Source of the DNA: Phyllobates terribilis | Lineage: Eukaryota | NCBI RefSeq assembly: GCF_046119375.1 | Contig: NW_027362771.1 | Span: 24,862,001-24,926,000 of the forward strand | Reading direction: 5' to 3' | Length of the DNA stretch: 64,000 nucleotides | Shown here: positions 1 to 12,181 of the stretch, piece after piece | How positions within the stretch are numbered: position 1 is the first letter of the stretch | How the letters are laid out: each line of letters begins with the position of its first letter | The notes under the pieces: generated by a model | Database searches by the model: none | The model's input: the letters and a program-made list of their open reading frames with translations, nothing else | Told to the model about the DNA's origin: nothing | Made by a program: the position numbers and the translations under genes

Positions 1-990
1 CACCTAATTTTTGGCAGCTGTTGCTTCACTGCATAGGCTAACAGTATGGGAGACCCACTTCCTAATAATGGAAACATTGTTTTCAGGAGGAATTCTGACC
101 TCTACATCTCTTGCAAGGGGCATTGGAGTTCTTCAAAATTTTTGACATCCGTTGCTTCACTGGATAGGCAAACAGTATTCGAGACCCACTTCCTAATAAT
201 GGGAGCATTTATTTCAGGAGGCCCTCCAACCTCTACGTCTCTTGCAAGGGACAATGGAGTTCCTCCAAATTTTTGACAGCCGTATCTTCACTGCATAGGC
301 AAACAGTATGGGAGACACACTTCCTAATAATGGGAACATTGTTTTCTTGACGCCCTCCTATACATCTCTTGCAAAGGGCATTGGAGTGCCTCCAAATTTT
401 TGGCAGTCGTTGCATTCACTGCATATGCAAACAGTATAGGAGACACACTTCCTAATAATGGGAACATTGTTTTCAGGAGGCGCTCTGACTTTTACGTCTC
501 TTGGAAAAGGCATTGGCATTCCTCCAAATTTTTGACAGCCATTGAATTCACTGCATAGGCAAACAGTATGGGAGACCCTCTCCTTTCTAATGGTAATATG
601 TCATTACCGAGGCCCACATCTATGTGTCTTTAAAATGTTATTGGGGGTTGTCCTAAATTTTGGCAGCCGTTGGACTCACTGCATACCCTATAATTGTATA
701 GCAGACCCGCTTCTTTCTAATGGGAACATGTCATAACTGTGGTCCTGCTCTATGTGTCTTTAAATTGTTAGTGGTGTTTTTCCCAAATTTTGGCAGACTT
801 TGCAGTCACAGCATGGGCATTACCACTATAGGAGACCCGCTCCTTTATAATGGGAACATTTTTTTTACTGAGACCCTCCTCTATGTCTCTTCAAAGGGGT
901 ATTGGGTTGCGTCCAAATTTTTGGCAGCCCTTGCAGTCACTGCTTACGCAATAACAGTATAGGTGACCCACTCATTAATAATGGGAGCAA
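1..990. repeat. ~130-bp tandem repeat, about 8 diverged copies
   Basis: The motif (c)caaatttttg(g/a)ca...cactgcatagg...gggagacccacttcctaataatggg recurs at about 1, 131, 261, 391, 521, 651, 781 and 911. Confidence 0.9.
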
Positions 991-1592
991 CAAAGCATAG
1001 CCGGCTGATTGCTCTCTAACAATAGAAAGGGCCGCCTTACGGCCCTATAAAAATAGGCTTTGTGACTTTCAGAGTCCCTCCATCATAAATGAAACAGGAT
1101 GTGTCTGATGATGTGTTACACACCACATGGCCAGATAAGGTTGTAAAATTATAAAATGAATGCATTTGTCACGGTTGAAAGCAATACAAAAGTCTGTATA
1201 AGCATTTTTGGTTTTGGTTATTTATTTTGCCTTATATACAAGTCATTACCCTGGAAAGGATGTTCCTTAACATATTTCCAAGGAAAATCCATTTTGGTTT
1301 CGTTTTTGTATGTTTTATTGTGAGTCTGTAAAAGTGGTGTAATACCTCTGACAACATTGTTGACAGCAGTGACCTGGGAGTCAGAAATGCTTCCAGGGGT
1401 CTTCCCCATGCTGTTCCCATGTCATTTAAACATTATTCCCATCGATTTGGGCAATTTTTAGGCCCTCTGCAGACCACCGGAAAAATGCTCGAGTTTCCCA
1501 TAGAATTTCATTGGTCTTGTTACTCGGACTGAGCACTTGAGCATTCCAATTTGCTCGACTTGAACAAGCATTGTAGTGCTCGCTCATCACTA
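1..1592. mobile_element. Terminal part of a hAT-type DNA transposon (a different family from the one at 27933), cut off by the window start
   Basis: Ends in ...gtgctcgctcatcacta, whose reverse complement TAGTGATGAGC resembles the TSD-confirmed hAT termini elsewhere in the window. It has CTCGAG/GCTCG-type subterminal motifs and a subterminal tandem array. The other end and the TSD are not visible. Confidence 0.6.
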
Positions 1593-1593
1593 C

Positions 1594-1830
1594 ACACTAG
1601 GTCTCTCTGTAGAATAATATTAGTAAATTACAGGCCTGCTATTTAAAACCGTGGTTCTCTGTCAGACATATCACCTATAAGACTGTTACAAAATCAGACA
1701 TTTCTTCCATTTCCATCCTGTTGCAGTGTGTCGGTCAAACTATTCACACTAGGTCTTTGTGTAGAATAATATTAGTAAATTACAGGTCTGCTATTTAAAA
1801 CCATGGTTCTTTGTCAGACGTATTACAAAT
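1594..1830. repeat. Short direct duplication (~85-bp core, ~152-bp period)
   Basis: cactaggtct(c/t)t(c/g)tgtagaataatattagtaaattacagg(c/t)ctgctatttaaaacc(g/a)tggttct occurs at about 1594 and about 1746. Confidence 0.8.
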
Positions 1831-1894
1831 AACTGCGGTTCAAATCCAGCCATTTGTAGTGAACGTGGAAAATATTGTCCTCCATTTATAGATT

Positions 1895-3091
1895 TTGGTA
1901 TCATATAGTTCGGCCCACATAAAATCTAAAATATGATTAGAGACCAAACTCATTCAGCAAACTTAAGAATAACAAAACTTTATTAATGTTGGGTACACAT
2001 ACAAACATAAAAAATGATAAAAAAGGACCTCCAAACTGTGAGGGACACTGGATTACATCTGACCTGAGGAGTATGTTCACATAAAGTGTGCTACTACTCT
2101 TAGGTATGCTGGAATATAAATACTCTCCCATACATTAGTCATTAAGCAAGTGCTAAAGTGGTAAACGGGTGATATATAGTGATGACATACCGTAGCAAAG
2201 CCTCAATAATGGTACCAGTGTAATGCAAGGTTCCTCTTCCCCAACGTACATTTCATCGTCTGACTTCCTCAGGGGACGTGGTGTTAACCGGGAAGTGTGC
2301 TAGTTTTATGTGTAGCATCGACCAATGTGGGGAAAAGGATGGTATCATATGACCCGGATGACATCTGACAGTATCGGCACATGACCACCCCGCCTACACC
2401 TCCTTATAACGTGACTTCCGGTTTCCTGGCCTTGGAAAGCACACCAGCAGCATCCCCAAGGTAAAAGGAGACGCACCGCACGTGCGCTCCCACTATGGCC
2501 GGATTCCGCAAAGTCAGGAGTGTAGACGTAAGGCGCATGCGCACTGACAGATGAGAACATATGCGGTGTGCTAGGAAAAAGAATGAGGTATATAGTGCCG
2601 TGTGTGGAAGAGGTCATATGGGAATAAAGGCTGCTGAGAACGTGTGACAGTATAATTATGTGTCCAAATAGTGTGAGAGTGAAAACTAATAGTGAGACAC
2701 TACAATAAAGATATATATTAAAGGTGACCACAGATTGAGATGTGAAAAACTGTTGCTCAGTTCTACAAAATATAAATAAAGTATAGTGACTTAGAGTATA
2801 TAATGTGTATTGCACTTAATTGTGTATAATGTTAGACACAGACTAGCAAGTGTGCATTAACATGATAATAATAGAAAAAACACATTTTCGACCATCATAA
2901 GAATTACAGTGAATTAAAGTGCTAAGTGCAATAGTCATATATATATGATTTATGAAGTGAACAAATATATATAACATAATAAAACAAGTATGAAATTGCA
3001 GCACTAATAAAAGCCATATACCACATAAAAAAGCCTGCACTATACGTACAGTCAAAGAAGAAATATCTCTCAAGGTAAGTATAAAAATAAA

Positions 3092-3120
<29 letters not shown>
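1895..3120 (-). repeat. PLE 3' pseudo-LTR, distal part (continues at 12183-12460 beyond two Tc1 insertions)
   Basis: Co-linear with 20875-22030 and with the reverse complement of 38423-40345. The six-frame ORFs at 2345..2815, 21318..21788 and 39463..39849 are near-identical. Confidence 0.9.
2239..2275 (-). ncRNA. Minimal type I hammerhead ribozyme motif (3' pLTR copy)
   Basis: Minus strand reads CCC-CUGAGGA-A-GUC(AGAC)GAU-GAAAU-GUAC-GUU-GGGG. The core is intact and stem III has one C>U change that gives a U-G wobble. Confidence 0.7.
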
Positions 3121-3141
<21 letters not shown>

Positions 3142-3166
3142 ATATATATATACATATACATATATA
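3097..3166. repeat. (TA)n microsatellite of the pLTR; it continues at 10621-10688 and 12182
   Basis: Direct reading. The tract is split by two Tc1 insertions. Confidence 0.95.
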
Positions 3167-3430
3167 CAGTGCCTACAAGTAATATTCAACCCCCTGCAGA
3201 TTTAGCTGGTTTGATAAGATGCAAATAAGTTAGAGCCTTCAAACTGCAAACGAGAGTAGGTTTTATGAACAGAAGCATAAATCTTACAAACCAAAAAGTT
3301 ATGTTGCTCAGTTGAATTTTATTAAATTTTAAACATAAAAGTGTGGATCAATTATTATTCAACCCCTATGTTTAATATTTTGTGGAATAACCCTTGTTTG
3401 CAATTACAGCTAATAATCGTCTTTTATAAG

Positions 3431-6400
3431 TAGTGTTGAGCCACCCCCGTAGTGTTCGGGTTCGGTTCGGTTCGTCGAACACCGGGATGTTCGAGGAACT
3501 GTTCGTCGAACTGTTCGTCGAACACCTTAGAACACCGTCGAACACCGTTAAAACCAATGGCAGGCAAACAAAAACACATAGAAAACACCTGCAAAGGTGT
3601 CCAAAAGCTGACAAACTGCTCAGAAGACACTCTCTTTAAAAAAGCCGGCCGGCAAATTCAGCTGCGGCATACACCGGTACCCGACAATTTAGACAAGAAG
3701 GAATAGAGCATCACACATAGATTAGATAGATAGAAACATGTCAGTCACACATATAAGAAGCACAGTGACAGTGTTGGATACTGCACTTGTCATTTAGTGT
3801 AAAGGATTTATTAAAAAAAATATTAGTGTTTTCATGCACCGTCTCTTTAAAAAAGCCGGCCGGCAATTCAGCATCTGTACCCGACAATTTAGAACAGAAA
3901 GAATAGAGCTTCACACATAGATTAGATAGAAACATGTCAGTCACATATATAATAAGTACAGTGATAGTGTTGCTTACTGTACTTGTCATTTAGTGTAAAG
4001 GATTTATTTAAAAAAAATAATAGTGTTTTCATGCACTGTCTCTTTAAAAAAGCCGGCCGGCAATTCAGCAGCGGTACCCGACAATTTAGAACAGAAAGAT
4101 AGAGCATCACACATAGATTAGATAGATAGAAACATGTCAGTCACATATATATGAAGTACAGTGATAGTGTTGGTTACTGTACTTGTCATTTAGTATTAAA
4201 ATAAAGGATTTATTATTAAAAAAATTGGCGTGGGGTTCCCCTTAATTTTAGGCTCTAGCGGAGGTTAAGCAGACGGCTGGGGCAGATGTTTGAAGCCTGG
4301 GAAGGGGGTAATACCCACGGAGCTTCCCAGGCTACTAATATCAGCCCCCAGCTGAATACATAGCCTTTACTAGCTATTAAAATGGGGGACCCCCCAAAAA
4401 AAATGACGTGGGGTCCCCCCTAATTTAATAGCTAGCAAAGGCTAGGCAGACAGCTGGGGGCTGATATTAATAGCCCAGGAAGGGAGCCATGAATATTGGC
4501 CCCCTCCCAGGCTAGAAACACCAGCCGTCAGCTGCCCCAGAAATGGCGCATTCATAGGATGCGCCAATTCTGGCACTTAGCCTCGCTCTTCCACGCTGCC
4601 CTGGTGCGGTGGCAGGGGGTAATAGGGTTGGGGTTGATGTCAGCTTATAATGCCAGCTGACATCAAGCCCAGGTTAGTAATGGAGAGGCGTCTATAAGAC
4701 ACCCCCATTACTAACCCCATAGTCAAAGTTAAAAAAAACACAAACACCCAGAATAAAGTCCTTTAATTGAAATAAAGACACATTCCTTTATTGTTCTAAA
4801 TTAAACCATACTTACCATCACGCCCATTCCAGCTGAAGCCAATGATCTCCTGCAATAAAAGAAAAATAATAAAGCAACCTCATCCTTACCTTTCCATGGT
4901 TCCCACGACAGCTTCAGCTCTGCTACATCGAGATGACAGGCTGGACCGCAGCAGAACGCTGCCATCCAGCCTGTCATCCCGCAGACACTGAGAAGCGCAG
5001 GCTTGCTTGCGCTGCTCAGCGTCTCTCTGTGACGACATCCAGATGAGCCGAGTTCATGTCCAATGAACTCGGCTCACCTCATGCACGTCACTGACAGCGT
5101 GGGAAAATTCTCACGCTGAAGCGCTGATTGCAGGAGAATTTTCCCACGCTGTCAGTGACGTGCAGGAGGTGAGCTGAGTTCATTGGACATGAGCTCACCT
5201 CATGCACATCACTGACAGCGTGGGAGAATTCTCCTGCACTCAGCACTTCAGCGTGAGAATTTTCCCACGCTGTCAGTGACGTGCATGAGGTGAGCCGAGT
5301 TCATTGGACATGACCTCGGCTCATCTGGATGCCGTCACAGCGAGACAGTGAGGAGCGCAAGCATGCCTGCGCTTCTCAGTGTCTGCGGGATGACAGACTG
5401 GATGGCAGCGTTCTGCTGCGGTCCAGCCAGTCATCTCGATGTAGCAGAGCTGAAGCTGTCGTGGGAACCATGGAAAGGTAAGGATGAGGTTGGTTTATTA
5501 TTTTTCTTTTATTGCAGGAGATCGTTGGCTTCAGCTGGAATGGGTGTCATGGTAAGTATGGTTTAATTTAGAACAATAAAGAATTGTGTCTTTATTTCAA
5601 TTAAAGGACTTTATTCTGGGTGTTGTGTTTTTTTTAAATACTTTACTAGAAATTCATGGCGGTCATGTCTAATACTGGCGTGACCCCATGAATTTTGGGC
5701 TTGGGGCCAGCTGATAATACCAAGCTGGCCCTAACCCCTTTATTACCCAGTGAGCCACCGCACCAGGGCCCTGGATGAGTTGGGTACAGCGCCAGAAGAT
5801 GGCGCTTCTATGAACGCGCCATTTTCCGGGGTGGCTGCGGACTGCAATTTGTAGCGGGGGGGGCCCAGAAAGCTTGGGCCTCCCTGCGCTGCAGATTCCA
5901 GCCCCCAGCTGCCTAGTTGTACCTGGCTGGACACAAAAATAGGGCGAAGCCCCACGTACTTTTTTTTTAATTATTTCATGAAATTCATGAAATAATTAAG
6001 AAAAAAAGGGCTTCCCTATATTGTTGTGTCCGGCCAGGTACAAATAGGCAGCTGGTGGTTGGGGGCAACCCGTTCCTGCCTGCTGTACCTGGCTGGACAC
6101 AAATATAGTGCGAAGCCCCACTTCAATTTTTTTTAATTATTTCATGAAATTCATGAAATAATTAAGAAAAAAAGGGCTTCCCTATATTGTTGTGTCCGGC
6201 CAAGTACAAATAGGCAGCTGGTGGATGGGGGCAGCCCGTTCCTGCCTGCTGTACCTGGCTGGACACAAATATAGTGCGAAGCCCCACTTCAATTTTTTTA
6301 AATTATTTCAGGAAATTCATGAAATAATTTAAAAAAAATTGACGTGGGGCTTCGCACTATATTTGTGTCCAGCCAGGTACAGCAGGCAGGAACGGGCTGC

Positions 6401-9293
6401 CCTCAACCACCAGCTGCCTATTTGTACCTGGCCGGACACAACAATATAGGGAAGCCCTTTTTTTCTTAATTATTTCATGAAATAATTTAAAGAAAATTGA
6501 CGTGGGGCTTCGCCCTGTTTTTGTGTCCAGCCAGGTACAACTAGGCAGCTGGGGGCTGGAATCCGCAGCGCAGGGAGGCCCAAGCTTTCTGGGCCACCCC
6601 CGCTGCAAATTGCAGTCCGCAGCCACCCCGGAAAATGGCGCGTTCATAGAAGCGCCATCTTCTGGCGCTGTACCCAACTCATCCAGGGCCCTGATGCGGT
6701 GGCTCACTGGGTAATAAAGGGGTTAGGGCCAGCTTGGCATTATCAGCTGGCCCTAAGCCCGAAATTCATGGGGTCACGCCAATATTAGACATGACCACCA
6801 TGAATTTCTAGTAAAGTATTTAAAAAAAACACAACACCCAGAAAAAAGTCCTTTAATTGAAATAAACACACAATTCTTTATTGTTCTAAATTAAACCATA
6901 CTTACCATCACGCCCATTCCAGCTGAAGCCAACGATCTCCTGAAATAAAAGAAAAATAATAAAGCAACATCATCCTTACCTTTCCATGGTTCCCATGACA
7001 GCTTCAGCTCTGCTACATCGAGATGACAGGCTGGACCGCAGCAGAACGCTGCCATCCAGCCTGTCATCCCGCAGACACTGAGAAGCGCAGGCTTGCTTGC
7101 GCTCCACAGTGTCTCTCTGTGAGGGCATCCAGATGAGCCGAGTTAATGTCCAATGAACTCGGCTCACCTCATGCACGTCACTGACAGCGTGGGAAAATTC
7201 TCCTGCACTCAGCGCTTCAGCGTGGGAGAATTCTCACACTGAAGCGCTGAGTGCAGGAGAATTCTCCCACGCTGTCAGTGACGTGCAGGAGGTGAGCAGA
7301 GTTCATTGGACATGAGCTCACCTTATGCACGTCACTGACAGCGTGGGAAAATTCTCCTGCACTCAGCGCTTCAGCGTGGGAGAATTCTCACGCTGAAGCA
7401 CTGAGTGCAGGAGAATTCTCCCACGCTGTCAGTGACGTGCAGGAGGTGAGCTGAGTTCATTGGACATGAGCTCACCTTATGCACGTCACTGACAGCGTGG
7501 GAGAATTCTCCTGCACTCACCGCTTCAGCGTGAGAATTCTCCCACGCTGTCAGTGACGTGCATGAGGTGAGCCGAGTTCATTGGACATGAACTCGGCTCA
7601 TCTGGATGTCGTCACAGAGAGACGCTGAGCAGCGCAAGCAAGCCTGCGCTTCTCAGTGTCTGCGGGATGAGAGGCTGGATGGCAGCGTTCTGCTGCGGTC
7701 CAGCCTGTCATCTCGATGTAGCAGAGCTGAAGCTGTCGTGGGAACCATGGAAAGGTAAGGATGAGGTTGCTTTATTATTTTTCTTTTATTTCAGGAGATC
7801 GTTGGCTTCAGCTGGAATGGGCGTGACGGTAAGTATGGTTTAATTTAGAACAATAAAGGATTGTGTCTTTATTTCAATTAAAGGACTTTATTCTGGGTGT
7901 TTGTGTTTTTTTTAACTTTGACTATGGGGTTAGTAATGGGGGTGTCTTATAGACGCCTCTCCATTACTAACCTGGGCTTGATGTCAGCTGGCATTATAAG
8001 CTGACATCAACCCCAACCATATTACCCCCTGCCACCGCACCAGGGCAGCGTGGAAGAGCGAGGCTAAGTGCCAGAATTGGCGCATCCTATGAATGCGCCA
8101 TTTCTGGGGCGGCTGACGGCTGGTGTTTCTAGCCTGGGAGGGGGCCAATATTCATGGCTCCCTTCCTGGACTATTAATATCAGCCCCCAGCTGTCTGCCT
8201 AGCCTTTGCTAGCTATTAAATTAGGGGGGACCCCACGTCATTTTTTTGGGGGGGTCCCCCATTTTAATAGCTAGTAAAGGCTATGTATTCAGCTGGGGGC
8301 TGATATTAGTAGCCTGGGAAGCTCCGTGGGTATTACCCCCTTCCCAGGCTTCAAACATCTGCCCCAGCCGTCTGCTTAACCTCCGCTAGAGCCTAAAATT
8401 AAGGGGAACCCCACGCCAATTTTTTTAATAATAAATCCTTTATTTTAATACTAAATGACAAGTACAGTAACCAACACTATCACTGTACTTCATATATATG
8501 TGACTGACATGTTTCTATCTATCTAATCTATGTGTGAAGCTCTATTCTGTCTGTTATAAATTGTCGGGTACAGATGCTGAATTGCCGGCCGGCTTTTTTA
8601 AAGAGACGGTGCATGAAAACACTATTATTTTTTTTGATAAATCCTTTACGCTAAATGACAAGTACAGTAAGCAGCACTGTCACTGTACTTCATATATATG
8701 TGACTGACATGTTTCTATCTATCTAATCTATGTGTGATTCTCTATTCTTTCTATTCTAAATTGTCGGGTACCGCTGCTGAATTGCCGGCCGGCTTTTTTA
8801 AAGAGACAGTGCATGAAAACACTATTATTTTTTTTGATAAATCCTTTACGCTAAATGACAAGTACAGTAAGCAGCACTTTCACTGTACTTCGTATATATG
8901 TGGCTGACATGTTTATATCTATCTAATCTATGTGTGAAGCTCTATTCTTTCGTTTCTAAATTGTCGGGTACAGATGTATGCCGCTGCTGAATTGCCGGCT
9001 TTTCATGTTTCACTGTTGGCACTGTTCCCATCGATTTGGGCAATCACTGTAATGCCACAACCACCATGGCTGTGGCATTACAGTGAGTGGCAGACAATCC
9101 CTGCATGATTGGTGCTCTAAATAGCGCCAGACATGCAGGACACGCTTTTGGTGCACGAACAGTTATCGAACATAACCTCGAACAGCCGAATTTTTTGCAA
9201 ATCGTTCGGGTTCGTCGAACAACTCGAACACCGCCCAAAACAGCTCGAATTTGAGATTGGCGAACAGTTCTAGTCGAACACCGCTCATCTCTA
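3431..9293. mobile_element. Non-autonomous hAT element (copy 1, 5.86 kb) with a giant nested-palindrome interior
   Basis: Termini TAGTGTTGAGC... and ...GCTCATCTCTA; perfect 8-bp TSD TTTATAAG (3423-3430 and 9294-9301). The ends match the ends of the transposase-bearing copy at 27933-37533. Confidence 0.95.
3630..8990. repeat. ~5.3-kb inverted repeat centred near 6320, with sub-palindromes (~4800-5600 and ~6900-7840) and ~200-bp tandem units (3630-4200, mirrored at 8460-8990)
   Basis: For example, 4201-4300 is the reverse complement of about 8350-8450, and 5640-5960 is the reverse complement of about 6500-6820. Confidence 0.92.
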
Positions 9294-10274
9294 TTTATAA
9301 GACCTGATCAGGCCGGCACAGGTCTGTGGAGTTATCTTGGCCCACTGCTCCATGCAGATTTTCTCCAAGTTATCTAGGTTCTTTGGGTGTCTCATGTGGA
9401 CTTTATTCTTGAGCTCCTTCCACAAGTTTTCAATTGGGTTAAGGTCAGGAGACTGACTAGGCCACTCCAACGCCTTGACTTTTTCCCTCTTGAACCAGGC
9501 CTTGGTTTTCTTGGCTGTGTGCTTTGGGTCGTTGTCTTGTTGGAAGATGAAATTACGACCCATGTTAAGATCCTTGATGGAGGAGCGGAGGTTCTTGGCC
9601 AAAATCTCCAGGTAGGCCGTGCTATCCATCTTCCCATGGATGCGGACCAGATGGCCAGGCCCCTTGGCTGAGAAACAGCCCCACAGCATGATGCTGCCAC
9701 TACCATGCTTGACTGTAGGGATGGTATTCTTGGGGTCGTATGCAGTGCCATCCAGTCTCCAAACGTCACGTGTGTGGTTGGCACCAAAGATCTCGATCTT
9801 GGTCTCATCAGACCATAGAACCTTGAACCAGTCTGTCTCAGAGTCCTCCAAGTGATCATGAGCAAACTGTAGACGAGCCTTGACATGACGCTTTGATAGT
9901 AAAGGTACCTTACGGGCTCGTCTGGAATGGAGACCATTGCGGTGGAGTACGTTACTTATGGTATTGACTGAAACCAATGTCCCCACTGCCATGAGATCTT
10001 CCCGGAGCTCCTTCCTTGTTGTCCTTGGTTTAGCCTTGACTCTTCGGACAAGCCTGACCTCGGCACGGGAGGACACTTTCAAAGGCTGTCCAGGCCGTGG
10101 AAGGCTAACAGTAGTTCCATAAGCCTTCCACTTACGGATGATGCTCCCAACAGTGGAGACAGGTAGGCCCAACTCCTTGGAAAGGGTTTTGTACCCCTTG
10201 CCAGCCTTGTGACCCTCCACGATCTTGTCTCTGATGGCCTTGGAATGCTCCTTTGTCTTTCCCATGTTGACCAT
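9291..10274 (-). CDS. Tc1 DD34E transposase; the last 16 codons lie at 3372-3422, beyond the hAT insertion
   Basis: Motifs WSDETK, FQQDNDPKH and SPDLNPIENLW are intact. Removing 3431-9293 plus one TSD joins ...LIRSYK to RRLLAVIANKGYSTKY-stop. Confidence 0.93.
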   Translation of the reverse strand: MVNMGKTKEHSKAIRDKIVEGHKAGKGYKTLSKELGLPVSTVGSIIRKWKAYGTTVSLPRPGQPLKVSSRAEVRLVRRVKAKPRTTRKELREDLMAVGTLVSVNTISNVLHRNGLHSRRARKVPLLSKRHVKARLQFAHDHLEDSETDWFKVLWSDETKIEIFGANHTRDVWRLDGTAYDPKNTIPTVKHGSGSIMLWGCFSAKGPGHLVRIHGKMDSTAYLEILAKNLRSSIKDLNMGRNFIFQQDNDPKHTAKKTKAWFKREKVKALEWPSQSPDLNPIENLWKELKNKVHMRHPKNLDNLEKICMEQWAKITPQTCAGLIRSYK

Positions 10275-10617
10275 GTCTGAGTGCTGATCACAAGTTTGGG
10301 GAGGGTCTTAAATAGTCAGAAAAGGCTGGCAAAAGAGATCTTTAATCCACACATGTGAAGCTCATTATTCTTGGTGCCTGAACTACTTCTTAATACTTTA
10401 GGGGGACCAAACAGAATTCTTGTGGTTTGAGGGGTTGAATAATAAATGACACTCTGAATTAACTTTTAACGTTTTTAAAAAAAAAAAAAAAAAAAAATTT
10501 GCTGCAGAGCATTTCCCACTTCCAGGCTGATCTACAGTACAAATGTCACAATGCCAAGTTAATTCCGCATGTGTCAACCAGCTAAATCTGCAGGGGGTTG
10601 AATACTACTTGTAGGCA

Positions 10618-10688
<71 letters not shown>

Positions 10689-10691
<3 letters not shown>

Positions 10692-12181
10692 TACAGACCA
10701 AAAGTTTGGACACACCTTCTCATTTAAACATTTTTCTGTATTTTCATGACTATGAAAATTGTACATTCACACTGAAACCATCAAAACTATGAATTAACAC
10801 AAGTGGAATTATATACTTAACAAAAAAGTGTGAAACAACTGAAAATATGTCTTATATTCTAGGTTCTTCAAAGTAGCCACCTTTTGCTTTGATGACTTAT
10901 TTGCACACTCTTGGCATTCTCTTGCTGAGCTTCAAGAGGTAGTCACCGGAAATGGTCTTACAACAATCTTGAAGGAGTTCCCAGAGATGCTTAGCACTTG
11001 TTGGCCCTTTTGCCTTCACTCTGCCGTCCAGCTCACCCCAAATCATCTTGATTGGGTTCATGTCTGTTGACTGTGGAGGCCAGGTCATCTGGCTTAGCAC
11101 CCCATCACTCTCCTTCTTGGTCAAATAGCCCTTACACAGCCTGGAGGTGTGTTTGGGGTCATTGTCCTATTGAAAAATAAATGATGGTCCAACTAAACGC
11201 AAACCGGATGGAATAGCATGCCGCTGCAAGATGCTGTGGTAGCCATGCTGGTTCAGTATGCCTTCAATTTTGAATAAATCCCCAACAGTGTCAGCAGCAA
11301 AACACCCCCACACCATGACACCTCCTCCTCCATGCTTCACGGTGGGAACCAGGCATGTAGAGTTCATCAGTTCACCTTTTCTGCGTCGCACAAAGACACG
11401 ATGGTTGGAACCAAAGATCTCAAATTTGGACTCATCAGACCAAAGCACAGATTTCCACTGGTCTAATGTCCATTCCTTGTGTTCTTTAGCCCAAACAAGT
11501 CTCTTCTGCTTGTTGCCTGTCCTTAGCAGTGGTTTCCTGCAGCTATTTTACCATGAATGCCTTATCCTCAGAAGCAGATGTGACTCTTGGTCTTCCTTTC
11601 CTGGGGCGTTCCTCATGTGAGCCAGTTTCTTTGCAGCACTTGATGGTTTTTGCAACTGCACTTCGGGACACTTTCAAAGTTTGCCCAATTTTTCGGACTG
11701 ACTGACCTTTATTTCTTAAAGTAATGATGGCCACTCGTTTTTCTTTACTTAGAATTTGTATTATGGCAAGACAAAAGCAGCTAACAGTCTATTCAGTAGG
11801 ACTATCAGCTGTGTATCCACCAGACTTCTGCACAACACAACTGATGGTCCCAACCCCATTTCTAAGGCAAGAAATCCCACTTATTTAATCTGACAGGGCA
11901 CACCTGTGAAGTGAAAACCATTTCCGGTGACTACCTCTTGAAGATCATCAAGAGGATGCCAAGAGTGCGCAAAGCAGTCATTAAAGCATAAGGTGGCTAC
12001 TTTGAAGAACCTAGAATATAAGACATATTTTCAGTTGTTTCACACTTTTTTGTTAAGTATATAATTCCACATGTGTTAATTCATAGTTTTGATGCCTTAA
12101 GTGTGAATGTACAATTTTCAAAGTCATGAAAATACAGAAAAATCTTTAAATAAGGAGTATCCAAACTTTTGGTCTGTACTG
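10689..12181 (-). mobile_element. Tc1 family B, long-TIR type, degenerate and internally deleted
   Basis: TIR CAGTACAGACCAAAAGTTTGGA..., TA flanks, and transposase fragments at 10897-11734 (WSDESKF, TDMNPIKMIW). Confidence 0.92.

Larger units (their letters stand above)
3167..10620 (-). mobile_element. Tc1-family DNA transposon (family A), interrupted by a hAT insertion
   Basis: TIR CAGTGCCTACAAGTA(A/G)TATTCAACCCCCTGCAGATTTAGCTGG at both ends, flanked by TA. Confidence 0.95.

Noticed and set aside
1-990. CRISPR array
   Set aside because: The whole unit is repeated with drift, there are no unique spacers or cas genes, and the context is eukaryotic.
2345-2815. Conserved 130-156-aa ORF repeated in the three pLTRs
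   Set aside because: The start and length differ between copies, the composition mirrors AT-rich UTR sequence, and there is no motif. Similarity is explained by the repeat itself.
5348-7176. Recurrent 60-120-aa ORFs in the palindromic hAT copies
   Set aside because: They recur only because the DNA is repeated and mirrored. There are no recognisable motifs and the frames are not consistently kept.
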